Of a stretch of DNA of 52,521 bases, positions 35,498 through 45,000 are shown piece after piece. The stretch is taken from the IMG/VR virus record IMGVR_UViG_3300020137_000002, positions 1 to 52,521 of that record. One strand, written 5' to 3'. The position numbers were made by a program, and so were the translations under genes. The notes beneath the pieces are model-generated. The model worked only from the letters and a program-made list of their open reading frames with translations, searched no databases and had not been told where the DNA came from. The stretch comes from a virus (lineage: Duplodnaviria > Caudoviricetes). The stretch's first letter is position 1; every line of letters starts with the position of its first letter.

Positions 35498-36593
35498 TTT
35501 GCGGGATATATTTGATGTGGACGCGTTGAGTCGTTCGATTGGAGAGGGCTGGGTTACGCATAGGACTCACCCCACGGCGACACTGGCAATCCTCAATTAC
35601 ACGGACAAGGCAACGTACACGAACCACTGGGATGACATCACCCTGAACTGCCGGGGGCTGATTTACGATGAGAACACCCTAGAGGTTGTTGCACGGGGGA
35701 TGCCGAAGTTCTTTAACTACGGACAGCCCGGCGCGCCGGAGTTCTCAATTGAGGATGAAGTGTATCTCGCGGATAAGATGGACGGGTCGCTTGCGATATT
35801 CTACCGTCACCCGAGCGGGCAATGGCGGATTGCCACCCGAGGTAGATTTGTGTCGGAGCAGGCACTTCACGCGAACACGCTCCTGGATTCCAAGGATGAG
35901 GATGAGCGCCAGGTTCTGTATGGATGGCTCGACCTTCACGCCAATGAGGGCAATACGGTAGTGGGTGAGATTATCTACCCGGAAAACCGCATCGTGGTGG
36001 ACTACGGCGACCTAGACACGATACTCACCCTTGGCACGGTAGATAACGTTACGGGTCGATTCACCCCGGTACCGAACACCCCGGTGTCCACGTTTGGGGA
36101 GGTCATGGCCCTTCCGCCTCGTGAAAACGCGGAGGGCTGGGTGCTCACCCGCGTGGATGATGGTGCTATGGCGAAGGTGAAGTACCCGGAGTATCTGGCG
36201 CTCCACCGCATCGTCACCGGGTTGTCAGCACGTACGCTATGGCAGTACCATGTGGAGGGCGTTGATGTGGACCAGTACATCGCGTCCCTGCCTGACGAGT
36301 TCCAGGAGTGGGCAAAGGGAGTCATGGACAACTTGGAGTTTGAGGTTGACTCACTGTATGACCACCTGTGCTTTGAGTATGACCGGCTTCTCACGGATGT
36401 GGAGCGCATCTACGGTACCGAGTTCGAGCGTGGGGATTTCGCACGTGAGGTGACAATCCGGTATGGTGGGGATTCACTGAAGAGGTCGGCCATGTTCCTG
36501 CTGTTTGACAGCAAGGACATCCTTCCGGTACTGTGGAAGCATGTGAAGCCAGAGGCAACGATGGCACGACCTAGTAGAGAGGGGTTGGAGTAG
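35490..36593 (+). CDS. RNA ligase (T4 Rnl1-like)
   Basis: CRGLI, PKFFN, KMDGS (motif I), ATRG, EIIYPENRIVVDY, EGWV, KVKY. Confidence 0.93.
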   Translation: MTSLRDIFDVDALSRSIGEGWVTHRTHPTATLAILNYTDKATYTNHWDDITLNCRGLIYDENTLEVVARGMPKFFNYGQPGAPEFSIEDEVYLADKMDGSLAIFYRHPSGQWRIATRGRFVSEQALHANTLLDSKDEDERQVLYGWLDLHANEGNTVVGEIIYPENRIVVDYGDLDTILTLGTVDNVTGRFTPVPNTPVSTFGEVMALPPRENAEGWVLTRVDDGAMAKVKYPEYLALHRIVTGLSARTLWQYHVEGVDVDQYIASLPDEFQEWAKGVMDNLEFEVDSLYDHLCFEYDRLLTDVERIYGTEFERGDFAREVTIRYGGDSLKRSAMFLLFDSKDILPVLWKHVKPEATMARPSREGLE

Positions 36594-37519
36594 TGGCACG
36601 TCTTATCGTCTTGCGCGGCCTTCCAGGTAGCGGGAAGAGCACGTGGGCTAAGGAGTGGGTGGAGTCCCGAGAGGGTCACGCTGTCGAGGTGAACCGGGAT
36701 AACACGCGACGGGTGCTGTTCGGGTCTGCAAACCAGGACTACTACGAGGCTCCTGATGTGAAAGACCGGGAGGCCCTGGTGACGACGATGTGTCACGCAG
36801 AGATTGAGGCGGCGCTGAAGGCAGGCTTTGACGTGGTGGTGTCGGACACGAACCTCCCGGCTAAGCGGTGCAGGGAACTAGCCCGACTGGGTGTGGGATG
36901 CGGTGCAGAGGTGGAGAGTATCACTTTTGATACACCTCTTGATGAGTGCCTGCGGCGAAATGCGGAGCGCACGGACAAAGAGCCAGTCCCCGAGGATGTC
37001 ATTCGGTCCATGCACCGTCGGTTCTTCAACCCGACCCTCGCTGGGTTTGAGGTGGAGGTTCCGGCCCCCGTGCGAAGGGCTGCTGAGTACGACCCCCAAC
37101 TGAAGGATGCCATCATTGTGGACACGGATGGTACGGTGGCAGACCACCGCCCTCACCGTGGTCCGTACGAGACGGATAAGTACGACCAGGACCAGGGCAT
37201 TGCCGACGTGGTGAGGGTCGTGTCTGCCCTCCGAAAGGAGTACGATATTATCGGCGTCTCTGGTCGTTCCGAGGAGTTCCGCAAGGTCACGGAGGACTGG
37301 TGGAGTCGGGAAGTGGGGTTCATCCCCGACGCTTTCTACATGCGCCCGGCAGGGGATAAGCGCAAGGACACAGTAATCAAGGATGAGGTGTACGAGACGC
37401 ACATCAGGGGGTGGTACAACATCATCGGTGTGATTGACGACCGGCCTAGCGTGTGCCGCATGTGGAGGGCTAAGGGGCTTACTACGTTTCAGGTGGGCGA
37501 CCCCCACATCGAGTTCTAA
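36593..37519 (+). CDS. polynucleotide 5'-kinase/3'-phosphatase (T4 PseT-like)
   Basis: GLPGSGKS P-loop, NRD, HAD motif DTDGT, SGR, DDRPSV. Confidence 0.95.
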   Translation: MARLIVLRGLPGSGKSTWAKEWVESREGHAVEVNRDNTRRVLFGSANQDYYEAPDVKDREALVTTMCHAEIEAALKAGFDVVVSDTNLPAKRCRELARLGVGCGAEVESITFDTPLDECLRRNAERTDKEPVPEDVIRSMHRRFFNPTLAGFEVEVPAPVRRAAEYDPQLKDAIIVDTDGTVADHRPHRGPYETDKYDQDQGIADVVRVVSALRKEYDIIGVSGRSEEFRKVTEDWWSREVGFIPDAFYMRPAGDKRKDTVIKDEVYETHIRGWYNIIGVIDDRPSVCRMWRAKGLTTFQVGDPHIEF

Positions 37520-37525
37520 GGAGGA

Positions 37526-37864
37526 GTGATGAGCGTAACAATTGTTGAGTTTGTGAACCAGTCCACGGGTGACACGGTGGAGACGGTGTATCACGTGGGT
37601 GACGACCGGTCGATGTGGGAGGCGGCAGGGCTGAACCTCCACGACCCGTACATGGTCAGCGGGGAGGACCTGCTTCGAGAAGTGTGGTACGCTCTGGATG
37701 AGTTCAACCGCAACCGGGAGTACCTGCTTCTGTATGAACGTGTAAACCCGGAAGCCACCACTGTCCAGAACGTGCTAGACTTCCTGAACACGTTGGAGGA
37801 AGTGGCCTACGACAACACCACAGCGAGGGTTGTGGTGACGAGTGAGAGGAGTGAGGAAGCATGA
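37526..37864 (+). CDS. hypothetical protein
   Basis: SD AAGGAGG. Confidence 0.7.
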   Translation: MMSVTIVEFVNQSTGDTVETVYHVGDDRSMWEAAGLNLHDPYMVSGEDLLREVWYALDEFNRNREYLLLYERVNPEATTVQNVLDFLNTLEEVAYDNTTARVVVTSERSEEA

Positions 37865-38376
37865 ATCGGTTTAAGGGGAAGCAACACATAACCTCGTTGG
37901 AACTTCAGGACGAGCCTTGGTTATTCTACCTGGTTACGGTGGAGCGTGACGAGGAGGGGTTCTACCTTGCCACCGACTCTGGGTGCTCGTGCCCTACCCC
38001 GTTTGAGAACCACACGAATGATGACCTCACCGGGCCGCTGACTCTTGACGGGGCCGTGGAGGAGGTTGTCAGTCTGTGGACTGCCGCAGGACGCAAGGTC
38101 CCTATGGGTATCGTGCTTGATGTGCTTAATGACATGCTGGTATCGTCCCTTGAGGAGCTTGATACCCGATGGATTATTGCAGACCGGTTCGACTTGCCTC
38201 TCGCGGAGGACGCATCCCGCCGTGACCTGTACGTGGTGGACGCCACAGGGGAGCGGTACAACCCGCATTATGACGACGACAAGGGTTGGTATGAGTGGGC
38301 GTCCGCAACGGTTGAGGACCACAACGAGGGCACCATCGTCTACCCCGCAGAATTAATCGAGAACGAGAAGATGTAG
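37861..38376 (+). CDS. hypothetical acidic protein
   Basis: FYLATDSGCSCPTPFE motif. Confidence 0.7.
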   Translation: MNRFKGKQHITSLELQDEPWLFYLVTVERDEEGFYLATDSGCSCPTPFENHTNDDLTGPLTLDGAVEEVVSLWTAAGRKVPMGIVLDVLNDMLVSSLEELDTRWIIADRFDLPLAEDASRRDLYVVDATGERYNPHYDDDKGWYEWASATVEDHNEGTIVYPAELIENEKM

Positions 38377-38412
38377 TGCAGGGCTTTGCGGAAAGCATGA
38401 TACACTGGTCCT

Positions 38413-38898
38413 ATGGGTAAAAGAGTAGACACGAGTAAGAGGTGTACCATTGATGGGTGTGACAGGGTATATCTGTGCTTGGGGGTTTGTAGATTGCACT
38501 ACAACCGCATCCGAAGCAACGGCGACCCCCACCGGGTGAAGGTTATGAAACCTGCTACGTTCTCCGACGAGGAACGCCTGCTATCCCATATAACTAAAGA
38601 GGGTGGATGGCCTGACTTCTCGGATTCCCGCGTGAGGGTGACCCCAGACGATGGCCAGTGCTGGACGGTGGATTTTACCCCGGTGGGGCTACGCAAGCAG
38701 TATACGCAGTTCTCAGTGGGGGGACGACCCCAATATACCCACCGTGTTGCGTATGAGATGTGGTCAGGCCCCATACCTAACGGGTTATACATTGACCACT
38801 TATGTCGAAATACAATATGCGTCAACCCCCGACACTTAGAGCCAGTGACGGCACGGGAGAACAGGCGTAGGATGAACCTGATTAAGGAGGAAGAATAA
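38413..38898 (+). CDS. HNH homing endonuclease, probably leaderless
   Basis: HRVAYEMWSGPIP...IDHLCRNTICVNPRHLEPVTAREN; N-terminal CxxxxC..LCxxHY; TGATACACT 6 nt before ATG. Confidence 0.93.
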   Translation: MGKRVDTSKRCTIDGCDRVYLCLGVCRLHYNRIRSNGDPHRVKVMKPATFSDEERLLSHITKEGGWPDFSDSRVRVTPDDGQCWTVDFTPVGLRKQYTQFSVGGRPQYTHRVAYEMWSGPIPNGLYIDHLCRNTICVNPRHLEPVTARENRRRMNLIKEEE

Positions 38899-39611
38899 TG
38901 GTATCAACGAAAGACACCCGGAACATTTATCAGCGGGTTGCGGCAGTTCGAGCAGAAGTCCCCCCGCTGACTAAGGACGGGTCACTAGAGGTTAACGGGA
39001 AGACCGTTTACAAGTTCCTGGCAATTGACGACATCCTGCGTGCCGTCAAGCCTCTCGAAGTGAAGCATGGAATCATCTCGGTGCTCGAAAGCGCGGAGAC
39101 AAACTACCGAGTGGCTACGGGAGCACAACCGAGTGATGGCAGAGTGCCTCGTTCGTCCACATCCGGCACGGGAACCTTTACCTTCCGGTACATCAATGTT
39201 GAAGCGGAAAACCCCGTGGAGGACTCCATTCTGGTGGTTGTGCCTACGGAAGCCGCCGATACAAGCGATAAGACTGCACGCAAACTAGTTACCCAGGCGC
39301 AGAAGATTGCGAACATCACGCTGTACAACATCATCACCGGCGAACCCGACCCGGACTCGCAGAACGGTGGAGCCGACAACCAGGAGACCACCCCGGCACC
39401 TGTGGCGAAGGCCAAGGCAACTTCGAAGCCCCGCACGGTTACGGGTAAGAGCGCTGACATCATCCGACAGAAGTTCATCGACCCGGTGACGGACCCGAAG
39501 GAGTTGGAGGAGGCCAAGAAGCGAGTAAACGGACTCGTGGACGTGGTGAAGGGCGAGGGCCTGACGGGTGAGGCGCTGTACGCGGAAGTCCTTAAGCGCT
39601 TGGAGGCATGA
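38898..39611 (+). CDS. ERF-family ssDNA annealing protein
   Basis: NIYQRVAAVRAEV..LTKDG..YKF...DDIL; DTSDKTARKLVTQAQK; DPD. Confidence 0.8.
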   Translation: MVSTKDTRNIYQRVAAVRAEVPPLTKDGSLEVNGKTVYKFLAIDDILRAVKPLEVKHGIISVLESAETNYRVATGAQPSDGRVPRSSTSGTGTFTFRYINVEAENPVEDSILVVVPTEAADTSDKTARKLVTQAQKIANITLYNIITGEPDPDSQNGGADNQETTPAPVAKAKATSKPRTVTGKSADIIRQKFIDPVTDPKELEEAKKRVNGLVDVVKGEGLTGEALYAEVLKRLEA

Positions 39612-39838
39612 TGGCGACGACCGTTATCCGGCGGACGTTTAAGGGTCAATCTGTTGCGGAGGTCTTGGAGCAGGTTGCCGAGTTCCGAGCCGTCTGCAAC
39701 GAGTTTTTCCTTACCCTGAATGAGGACGAAGTGTACATCGTTGCCTATGATGAGGCGGACGACACCATCGATGAGGCAGGGGGTCTTGTTCCGGTCGGGT
39801 ACATCGGAAACCTCTCTATGTCAGGGGAGGGCGCGTGA
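39608..39838 (+). CDS. hypothetical protein
   Basis: ATGA overlap. Confidence 0.65.
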   Translation: MMATTVIRRTFKGQSVAEVLEQVAEFRAVCNEFFLTLNEDEVYIVAYDEADDTIDEAGGLVPVGYIGNLSMSGEGA

Positions 39839-39993
39839 CTATCCTAGAATGGTGTGACCGCTTGCAGGACCTTCTCTCCGAGGCCGGAATGGAGGACGTT
39901 CCGGTCTACGTGGGGGGTCACCTGCTGACGGAGGATGCTCTTCAGTTGAATGAGGATTCGGACGGCCTGTACGTGGAGGTGAACCTGCTGTGA
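39835..39993 (+). CDS. small acidic protein (52 aa)
   Basis: Hand-translated; GTGA overlaps at both ends. Confidence 0.6.
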   Translation: MTILEWCDRLQDLLSEAGMEDVPVYVGGHLLTEDALQLNEDSDGLYVEVNLL

Positions 39994-40865
39994 CTCAACC
40001 CAGACTTGCGGTGAGGGCTTCCGGGTTCGGGGGTCGCGGATACAAGGCTATCTTCGAACCCGGACAGCCGGTGGTGCCTTCTGTCACGACGATTCTCGGG
40101 GCGTTGGATAAGCCGGGCGTGGTCCAATGGGCGGTGGATAACACTGCCGCCTATGCGGTGGCTAATGTTGATGAACTTCTCGACCGGACGGAGGAGCAGG
40201 GGTACGGGTTCCTCCGGTGGTACCACAAGCGCAAGCCTGATTTTGATGACCCGGATGTGAATCTCACCAACTACCATGTTGGGGTGCTTGACGACCTGGC
40301 GGAGTTGGGGACGCTTGTCCACGAGTGGATTGAGGCGGACCTGAACGGGTGGATTGAGCCGGAGATTACACGCCGCGAGCAGGAGGAGATGATTGAGCAG
40401 TACCTCCTGTGGAAGGTGGACCAGGACATCACGGTACACGCCACGGAGGCCACACTGTTCGGCAACGGGTACGCGGGTACGGCTGACACGTTCTGGACTG
40501 TCAACGGAGTGAAGTATCTCAACGACAACAAGACCAGCCGTCTGGCACGGGATGAGCACTTTGCTCAACTTGGGGCACTGGGGGCGTGTCACACGATGGC
40601 GGTGGAGGCACTGAAGGATGCACCGGAGGCGGTGGAGGCGGCGGGTACGTGGTGGACCCCGACCCCCCTGCCTTCTTTCGAGGCGTACTCCATCCTCCAC
40701 CTCCGTCCTGACACGGAGGAGGGACCCGCGTTCTGCGAACTCATCGAAGTTCCCCTGCCTGTGGTAGACTCGGCGTTCGAGTTGTTCAGAGGTGCGTTGG
40801 CGGTGCGTCACGCACAGAAGAGGCTCAAGGATACGAAGAAGGAGGTGGCGTTTGATGGAGGATGA
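39990..40865 (+). CDS. PD-(D/E)XK (Cas4/RecB-like) exonuclease
   Basis: PSVTTIL, GTLVHEWIE, YAGTAD, DNKTS, QLGAL. Confidence 0.85.
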   Translation: MTQPRLAVRASGFGGRGYKAIFEPGQPVVPSVTTILGALDKPGVVQWAVDNTAAYAVANVDELLDRTEEQGYGFLRWYHKRKPDFDDPDVNLTNYHVGVLDDLAELGTLVHEWIEADLNGWIEPEITRREQEEMIEQYLLWKVDQDITVHATEATLFGNGYAGTADTFWTVNGVKYLNDNKTSRLARDEHFAQLGALGACHTMAVEALKDAPEAVEAAGTWWTPTPLPSFEAYSILHLRPDTEEGPAFCELIEVPLPVVDSAFELFRGALAVRHAQKRLKDTKKEVAFDGG

Positions 40866-41016
40866 GGACCCGAACAGGGTGCTAGTATTGGTTGCACTGC
40901 AACTGTTGAAGAAGCACGTGTACGCAGGTACGGTGCCGGAGAAGGAGATTGCTCGAAGGCGGGCAAAGAACAAGGTGGCTCGTAAGAGTCGTAGCGTCAA
41001 CCGAAGGAGGAAGTAG
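40855..41016 (+). CDS. small basic protein
   Basis: VYAGTV...RRRAKNKVARKSRSVNR; SD AAGGAGG. Confidence 0.7.
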   Translation: MEDEDPNRVLVLVALQLLKKHVYAGTVPEKEIARRRAKNKVARKSRSVNRRRK

Positions 41017-41203
41017 ATGCGTCGTATGCTGGTACAGGCGGGCCTGATATGGCTGTCGGCGTGGCTGCTTATGCTGGCGGTTGACCCAATCACGGGTGGG
41101 GCAGTCACGGTCTCGTACCCGGATGCGGTTCTCATGGCGTGTGTCGTCACCCTGATTGTAAAACTCGATATTGGTGAGACGAACTAGGAGAAGGAGGAAG
41201 TAA

Positions 41204-41587
41204 ATGAGTGCAGAACAGAACCCTCAGAACTACACCGGAGTCACGGCAACGGTGATTGGCCGTACGGCTGGACCTGCCGAGAACCCGGCGTATGACAAGC
41301 AGGGTGCGAGGGGGTACCAGCAGGTCCGTATCGCTGTTGACCAGGGGTACAAGGACTCGTCCGGCCAGTGGGTGGAGACCGGTACCCTGTGGGTGACCCA
41401 CACCGCCCCCGCTGACATCCTTGCCAGCGTGGGTAAGGGTGACAAGGTGCGCATCGATGATGCACGCCTCGAAGCCCGCGAGTTCACCCGCAAGGACGGC
41501 ACGACCGGCCAGGCATTTGAGACCCGGTTTGGTGACTTCACCATTCTTGAGTCGAAGGCGGGCGATACCGAGGAAGCGCCGTTCTAA
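41204..41587 (+). CDS. ssb: single-stranded DNA-binding protein
   Basis: OB-fold motifs GQWVETGTLW, KGDKVRI, REFTRKDG; acidic tail EEAPF. Confidence 0.9.
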   Translation: MSAEQNPQNYTGVTATVIGRTAGPAENPAYDKQGARGYQQVRIAVDQGYKDSSGQWVETGTLWVTHTAPADILASVGKGDKVRIDDARLEAREFTRKDGTTGQAFETRFGDFTILESKAGDTEEAPF

Positions 41588-41820
41588 TGGCTACCGTGAC
41601 CGCTGAGTTCACCCCAGACGAGCAGGATGCCCTGCTGGGTGCCACGCTGAGGTTGTTCAACCTCACCAATGAGTTTCTCCACGCCGTGGAGGGACAGGAG
41701 AAGGCGGAGACGCTGATTTCTCAGTTCACCGGTATGGTTGATGCGTGGGAGAGAGTGGGCGATTCCCTCATCGGAACCAACCCCATCCGCGCTATGATGG
41801 TTCTCGTAGCGAACGAGTAA
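41587..41820 (+). CDS. hypothetical protein
   Basis: TAATG coupling to ssb. Confidence 0.7.
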   Translation: MATVTAEFTPDEQDALLGATLRLFNLTNEFLHAVEGQEKAETLISQFTGMVDAWERVGDSLIGTNPIRAMMVLVANE

Positions 41821-41857
41821 CCATCCGGCCTGGACATGCCGGTAAACTGTCCACTAC

Positions 41858-41935
41858 GGGGGTGATATGGTATCGACGTTGGGTAAAGCCGCACGCGGTC
41901 CCCGGCGGACTCGGGTTCGAATCCCGACACCTCCA
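41858..41935 (+). ncRNA. miniature tmRNA: tRNA-like domain only, no tag reading frame
   Basis: Acceptor GGGGGTG/CACCTCC with G3.U70 and discriminator A; stemless D-loop ATATGGTATCGA; helix CGTTGGG/CCCGGCG; GAC linker; T-arm TCGGG-TTCGAAT-CCCGA; GGTAAACT at 41841-41848. Confidence 0.88.
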
Positions 41936-41977
41936 CTATCGGATAGCAATGAGAATCGAGAGAAAGGGGATTTGACT

Positions 41978-44332
41978 TTGACCACCCTCCACACCGCGCT
42001 GGCTCTCGCTGAACTAGGTTTGCATGTCTTCCCCTGCCGCGCCACGAGTGAAGTAATAGGAGGGGTAACCTACGGGCCTAAGTCACCGTACCCTGCGGAT
42101 GGGTTCTACTCAGCATCCACCGACCCGGACACTGTTAAGGGGCTGTGGCGTGACCACCCGGATGCGCTAGTGGGCGTTGCCACTGGTGTTAGTGGCCTTA
42201 TCGTGCTGGATATCGACGTTAAGGACGGTGTGGACGGGTACGAGTCCATCATGGAGGCGTGGGTTGCCATCCCTGAGACGTTCCAGTACGAAAGCACTAA
42301 CGGCAAGGGTGCTCACTACGTGTACACGGCCCCGGAGGGGCACTTCCCGCCCGCTCACCCCTACCGGAAGATGAAGGGCGTTGACCGACAGTCTGGCGGC
42401 TCGTATGTCGTGTGGGCCGGGGGTGTGCCGTCCAGCCGTGAGGAGTTCGCGGAGGCACCCCAGTGGTTGTGTGACGCTGGGGAGGTCCGTAGCGCTTCCG
42501 CTTTTGAGGGTACGGTGCGGGACTGGTACGAGTCGTTGGAGCCGGGAGAGCCGAACATCCTGGTGCGTCGTGCCATCGCCCGCGTGAACGACGACATGGG
42601 CCACGGTGACATGGTGAAGGCCCAGTATGAGGCTATCCGACTGGGTGCAGAGGGTAACCCTGGTGTTCCTGAATTGTTGGAGCGTCTGGAAGAAGCGTGG
42701 TTGAACCGTCCCGGTGAGAACCACACAACCCCGGAGTCGGAGTGGGAGTACAAGTTTGCCGAGGCCCTGGCGTCCGGTATCGAGGAGTACGGCGGCACCA
42801 TCCAACTGAGGGCGGACTTGCCGGATTACCACTTGGACCTCATTCCCAACGGGGCACCGGCGCAATTGTTCACCGCGTCGGAGGACAAGCCGACGTGGAC
42901 GGAGATGCTACGTGCGCTCCTGGTTCTCATCCCGGATGATATGGACCTCCTGTCGGTGATGTGGTCTGCGCCTGCCACAAAGCACCTGTCTCGTGAGTGG
43001 GGCTTGCAGTTCGTGATGAACCGCATTGCCCAGGGACGCACCACGCCACCCCCACCGGAAGGCAACCCCATTCTTTCGGAGCGCAAGGTGGACAACAGCC
43101 GGATTAGCCTATTGACCCCTGAAGAGAAGGAGTTCGTACGGGCACACCCTACGTTCATTGACCTCTACTTGGATGCGGCGTCCCAGAAGGGTTTCTTGAA
43201 CCCGCACTACGATATTCCAGCGGCGTGGACACTGTTAAGCATGGCGTTTGGGACGCGGGCGATTATCCCTCACGGTAAGCCGTACGGCGTCAACCTGTGG
43301 TTTCTCACGTTGGGTGAGTCAGGTACCGGTAAGACGAGCAGTTACGACCTTCTGCGTCAATCCCTGGACCTCATGTTTAAGGACGGTGAGACGTTCTACA
43401 ACCTGGGTGCTAATTCCAGCCCCGAGGGTATGCATGAGGCGTTGCTGAACCGTGATGGTAAGCCGTCTATGATTCTCCATGACGAGGCGAGCGACTTCTT
43501 CAGTGCCCTCACTAAGAAGGATTGGCTTTCCGGCCTGAAGGACCAACTGGCCCGGTGGTATGAAGGGATTGTGGACCCGTCCAGTAAACTCCGATTGAAG
43601 GAGTTGAAGGGTAAGAGCGCCAAGACCTCGTTTGATATCAACTTCATGGCAACTCCTGACCGGTTGCTGGGTCTCATCAACACTGACATGTTCGAGACCG
43701 GATTCCTTGCTCGGTTCAACTTTGGGTGGGCTGACGACCCGGTGGATGACGACCGCAAGTACAAGGTCACCCGCCGTCATGTCACGGACACGGGAGCACC
43801 CCCGGAGGCGTATGCTTTGGTGGCTGACCTGTTCTTTGCGCTGAAGGGGTTACCCCCGCTGGTTCTCATGGACTGGACCCAGGAGGCAGAGGATTGGCTG
43901 TTCGAGGCCCACAAGCAGTTTGACGGCATTGCCAAGAAGCGGGACCACTACGAGGCTACCGGCCCGGCAATCACTCGACTGAAGGAGACCATGTGGAAGT
44001 GCGCGGCGCTCCTGGCCTTGTGGCGCGGTGACCGGGTTATTAACGAGGTTGACGCCATGACGGCAATCATGTACGCTGAGGAGTGGCACAACAACATCTA
44101 CCGGGTGGTGGAGGCGGCAGGTAACGGCCAGTTCAACCAGGACTGCGATAAGGTGGAGGCTCACGTCCTCGCCAATCCCGGTATCACCCACGCGGCGCTG
44201 ACGACACGATTCCGGGGAATGATTGACAAGTCCCCCCGTGAGTTGGAGGACCGCATTCAGGCGTTGGTGACTCAGGGGAGAATCACATCAACGCATAAGG
44301 ATGGTAAGGTCCGGTTCTACCCGAACGTTTGA
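41978..44332 (+). CDS. bifunctional primase-polymerase fused to a P-loop (DUF3987-like) helicase domain
   Basis: VFPC, GFYSASTD, VGVATG, VLDID, GAHYVY; GESGTGKT, HDEA, GFLARF; TTG 41978 with SD AAGGGG. Confidence 0.9.
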   Translation: MTTLHTALALAELGLHVFPCRATSEVIGGVTYGPKSPYPADGFYSASTDPDTVKGLWRDHPDALVGVATGVSGLIVLDIDVKDGVDGYESIMEAWVAIPETFQYESTNGKGAHYVYTAPEGHFPPAHPYRKMKGVDRQSGGSYVVWAGGVPSSREEFAEAPQWLCDAGEVRSASAFEGTVRDWYESLEPGEPNILVRRAIARVNDDMGHGDMVKAQYEAIRLGAEGNPGVPELLERLEEAWLNRPGENHTTPESEWEYKFAEALASGIEEYGGTIQLRADLPDYHLDLIPNGAPAQLFTASEDKPTWTEMLRALLVLIPDDMDLLSVMWSAPATKHLSREWGLQFVMNRIAQGRTTPPPPEGNPILSERKVDNSRISLLTPEEKEFVRAHPTFIDLYLDAASQKGFLNPHYDIPAAWTLLSMAFGTRAIIPHGKPYGVNLWFLTLGESGTGKTSSYDLLRQSLDLMFKDGETFYNLGANSSPEGMHEALLNRDGKPSMILHDEASDFFSALTKKDWLSGLKDQLARWYEGIVDPSSKLRLKELKGKSAKTSFDINFMATPDRLLGLINTDMFETGFLARFNFGWADDPVDDDRKYKVTRRHVTDTGAPPEAYALVADLFFALKGLPPLVLMDWTQEAEDWLFEAHKQFDGIAKKRDHYEATGPAITRLKETMWKCAALLALWRGDRVINEVDAMTAIMYAEEWHNNIYRVVEAAGNGQFNQDCDKVEAHVLANPGITHAALTTRFRGMIDKSPRELEDRIQALVTQGRITSTHKDGKVRFYPNV

Positions 44333-44346
44333 GAGGAGGATATATC

Positions 44347-45000
44347 GTGAATGAGATGTGTAGTAAGCACCCCGACCGACCCGTTAGGGCAAGGGGGCTG
44401 TGTGGCTCCTGTTACGTCATGGCTACCCGCAACCGGGAGTTGGAGCCTAGCGAGAAGCGGTATGTTGATGCCCTCATCGAGGAACTAGAGTTCATGCCGC
44501 GTACGTGGGACCAGTTGGAGGGAGACTTTGGTCGCACCCGGCAACAGATGAGCGCGGCGTTGTATCGTCGTGGCCGGAAGGACCTCATCAGGTCTGTTCA
44601 AGCGAAGACGTACGGGGTTATTGGCCGCTCTGCTATTAACAGCGTGATGCGTAAGGGTAAGCCAGTAGCATCCTCTTGTATCTCGCAGTTGGTTGACTAC
44701 TTGGAGTACTGGACAGACGCCACCTGGGATGATGTGTCACGGGAGTTTGACGGTCGTACCCGAAACACCATATGGAAGACGTTGCGCCTCCACCGACGAA
44801 AAGACCTCATTCTGCGGCTGAATGAAAACTCGGGCGTACGCGCCTACCACCGATACGCAGACGAGATGTTTGAGTTTGTGGAGAACACGCCAAACGTTAC
44901 CCGCCGTCTGTTGGAGCAACGGTATAACCGCCCGTGGAAAGCACTTTACTCTGCGTTTTACGCTCATGACCGCAGGGACCTGTTGGAGCGTGTATCGTGA
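44347..45000 (+). CDS. zinc-finger plus triple-repeat HTH-like protein
   Basis: CSKH..RARGLCGSCY then three ~47-aa repeats ending R(K/R)DL; SD GAGGAGG. Confidence 0.65.
   Translation: MNEMCSKHPDRPVRARGLCGSCYVMATRNRELEPSEKRYVDALIEELEFMPRTWDQLEGDFGRTRQQMSAALYRRGRKDLIRSVQAKTYGVIGRSAINSVMRKGKPVASSCISQLVDYLEYWTDATWDDVSREFDGRTRNTIWKTLRLHRRKDLILRLNENSGVRAYHRYADEMFEFVENTPNVTRRLLEQRYNRPWKALYSAFYAHDRRDLLERVS

Noticed and set aside
39990-40865. CRISPR-Cas system from the Cas4-like nuclease
   Set aside because: No other cas genes and no repeat-spacer array seen; the ERF/SSB context indicates recombination.
41858-41935. Canonical tRNA-Ala
   Set aside because: No D-stem and no 5-bp stem with a 7-nt anticodon loop; the D-loop, helix and GAC linker match tmRNA.
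41900-41938. attP copy of the host ssrA 3' end
   Set aside because: Both 5' and 3' halves are present and pair, a promoter-like element precedes them, and I found no integrase.
41867-41977. N-terminal extension of the primase from ATG 41867
   Set aside because: It overlaps the structured RNA and lacks an SD; the SD points to TTG 41978.
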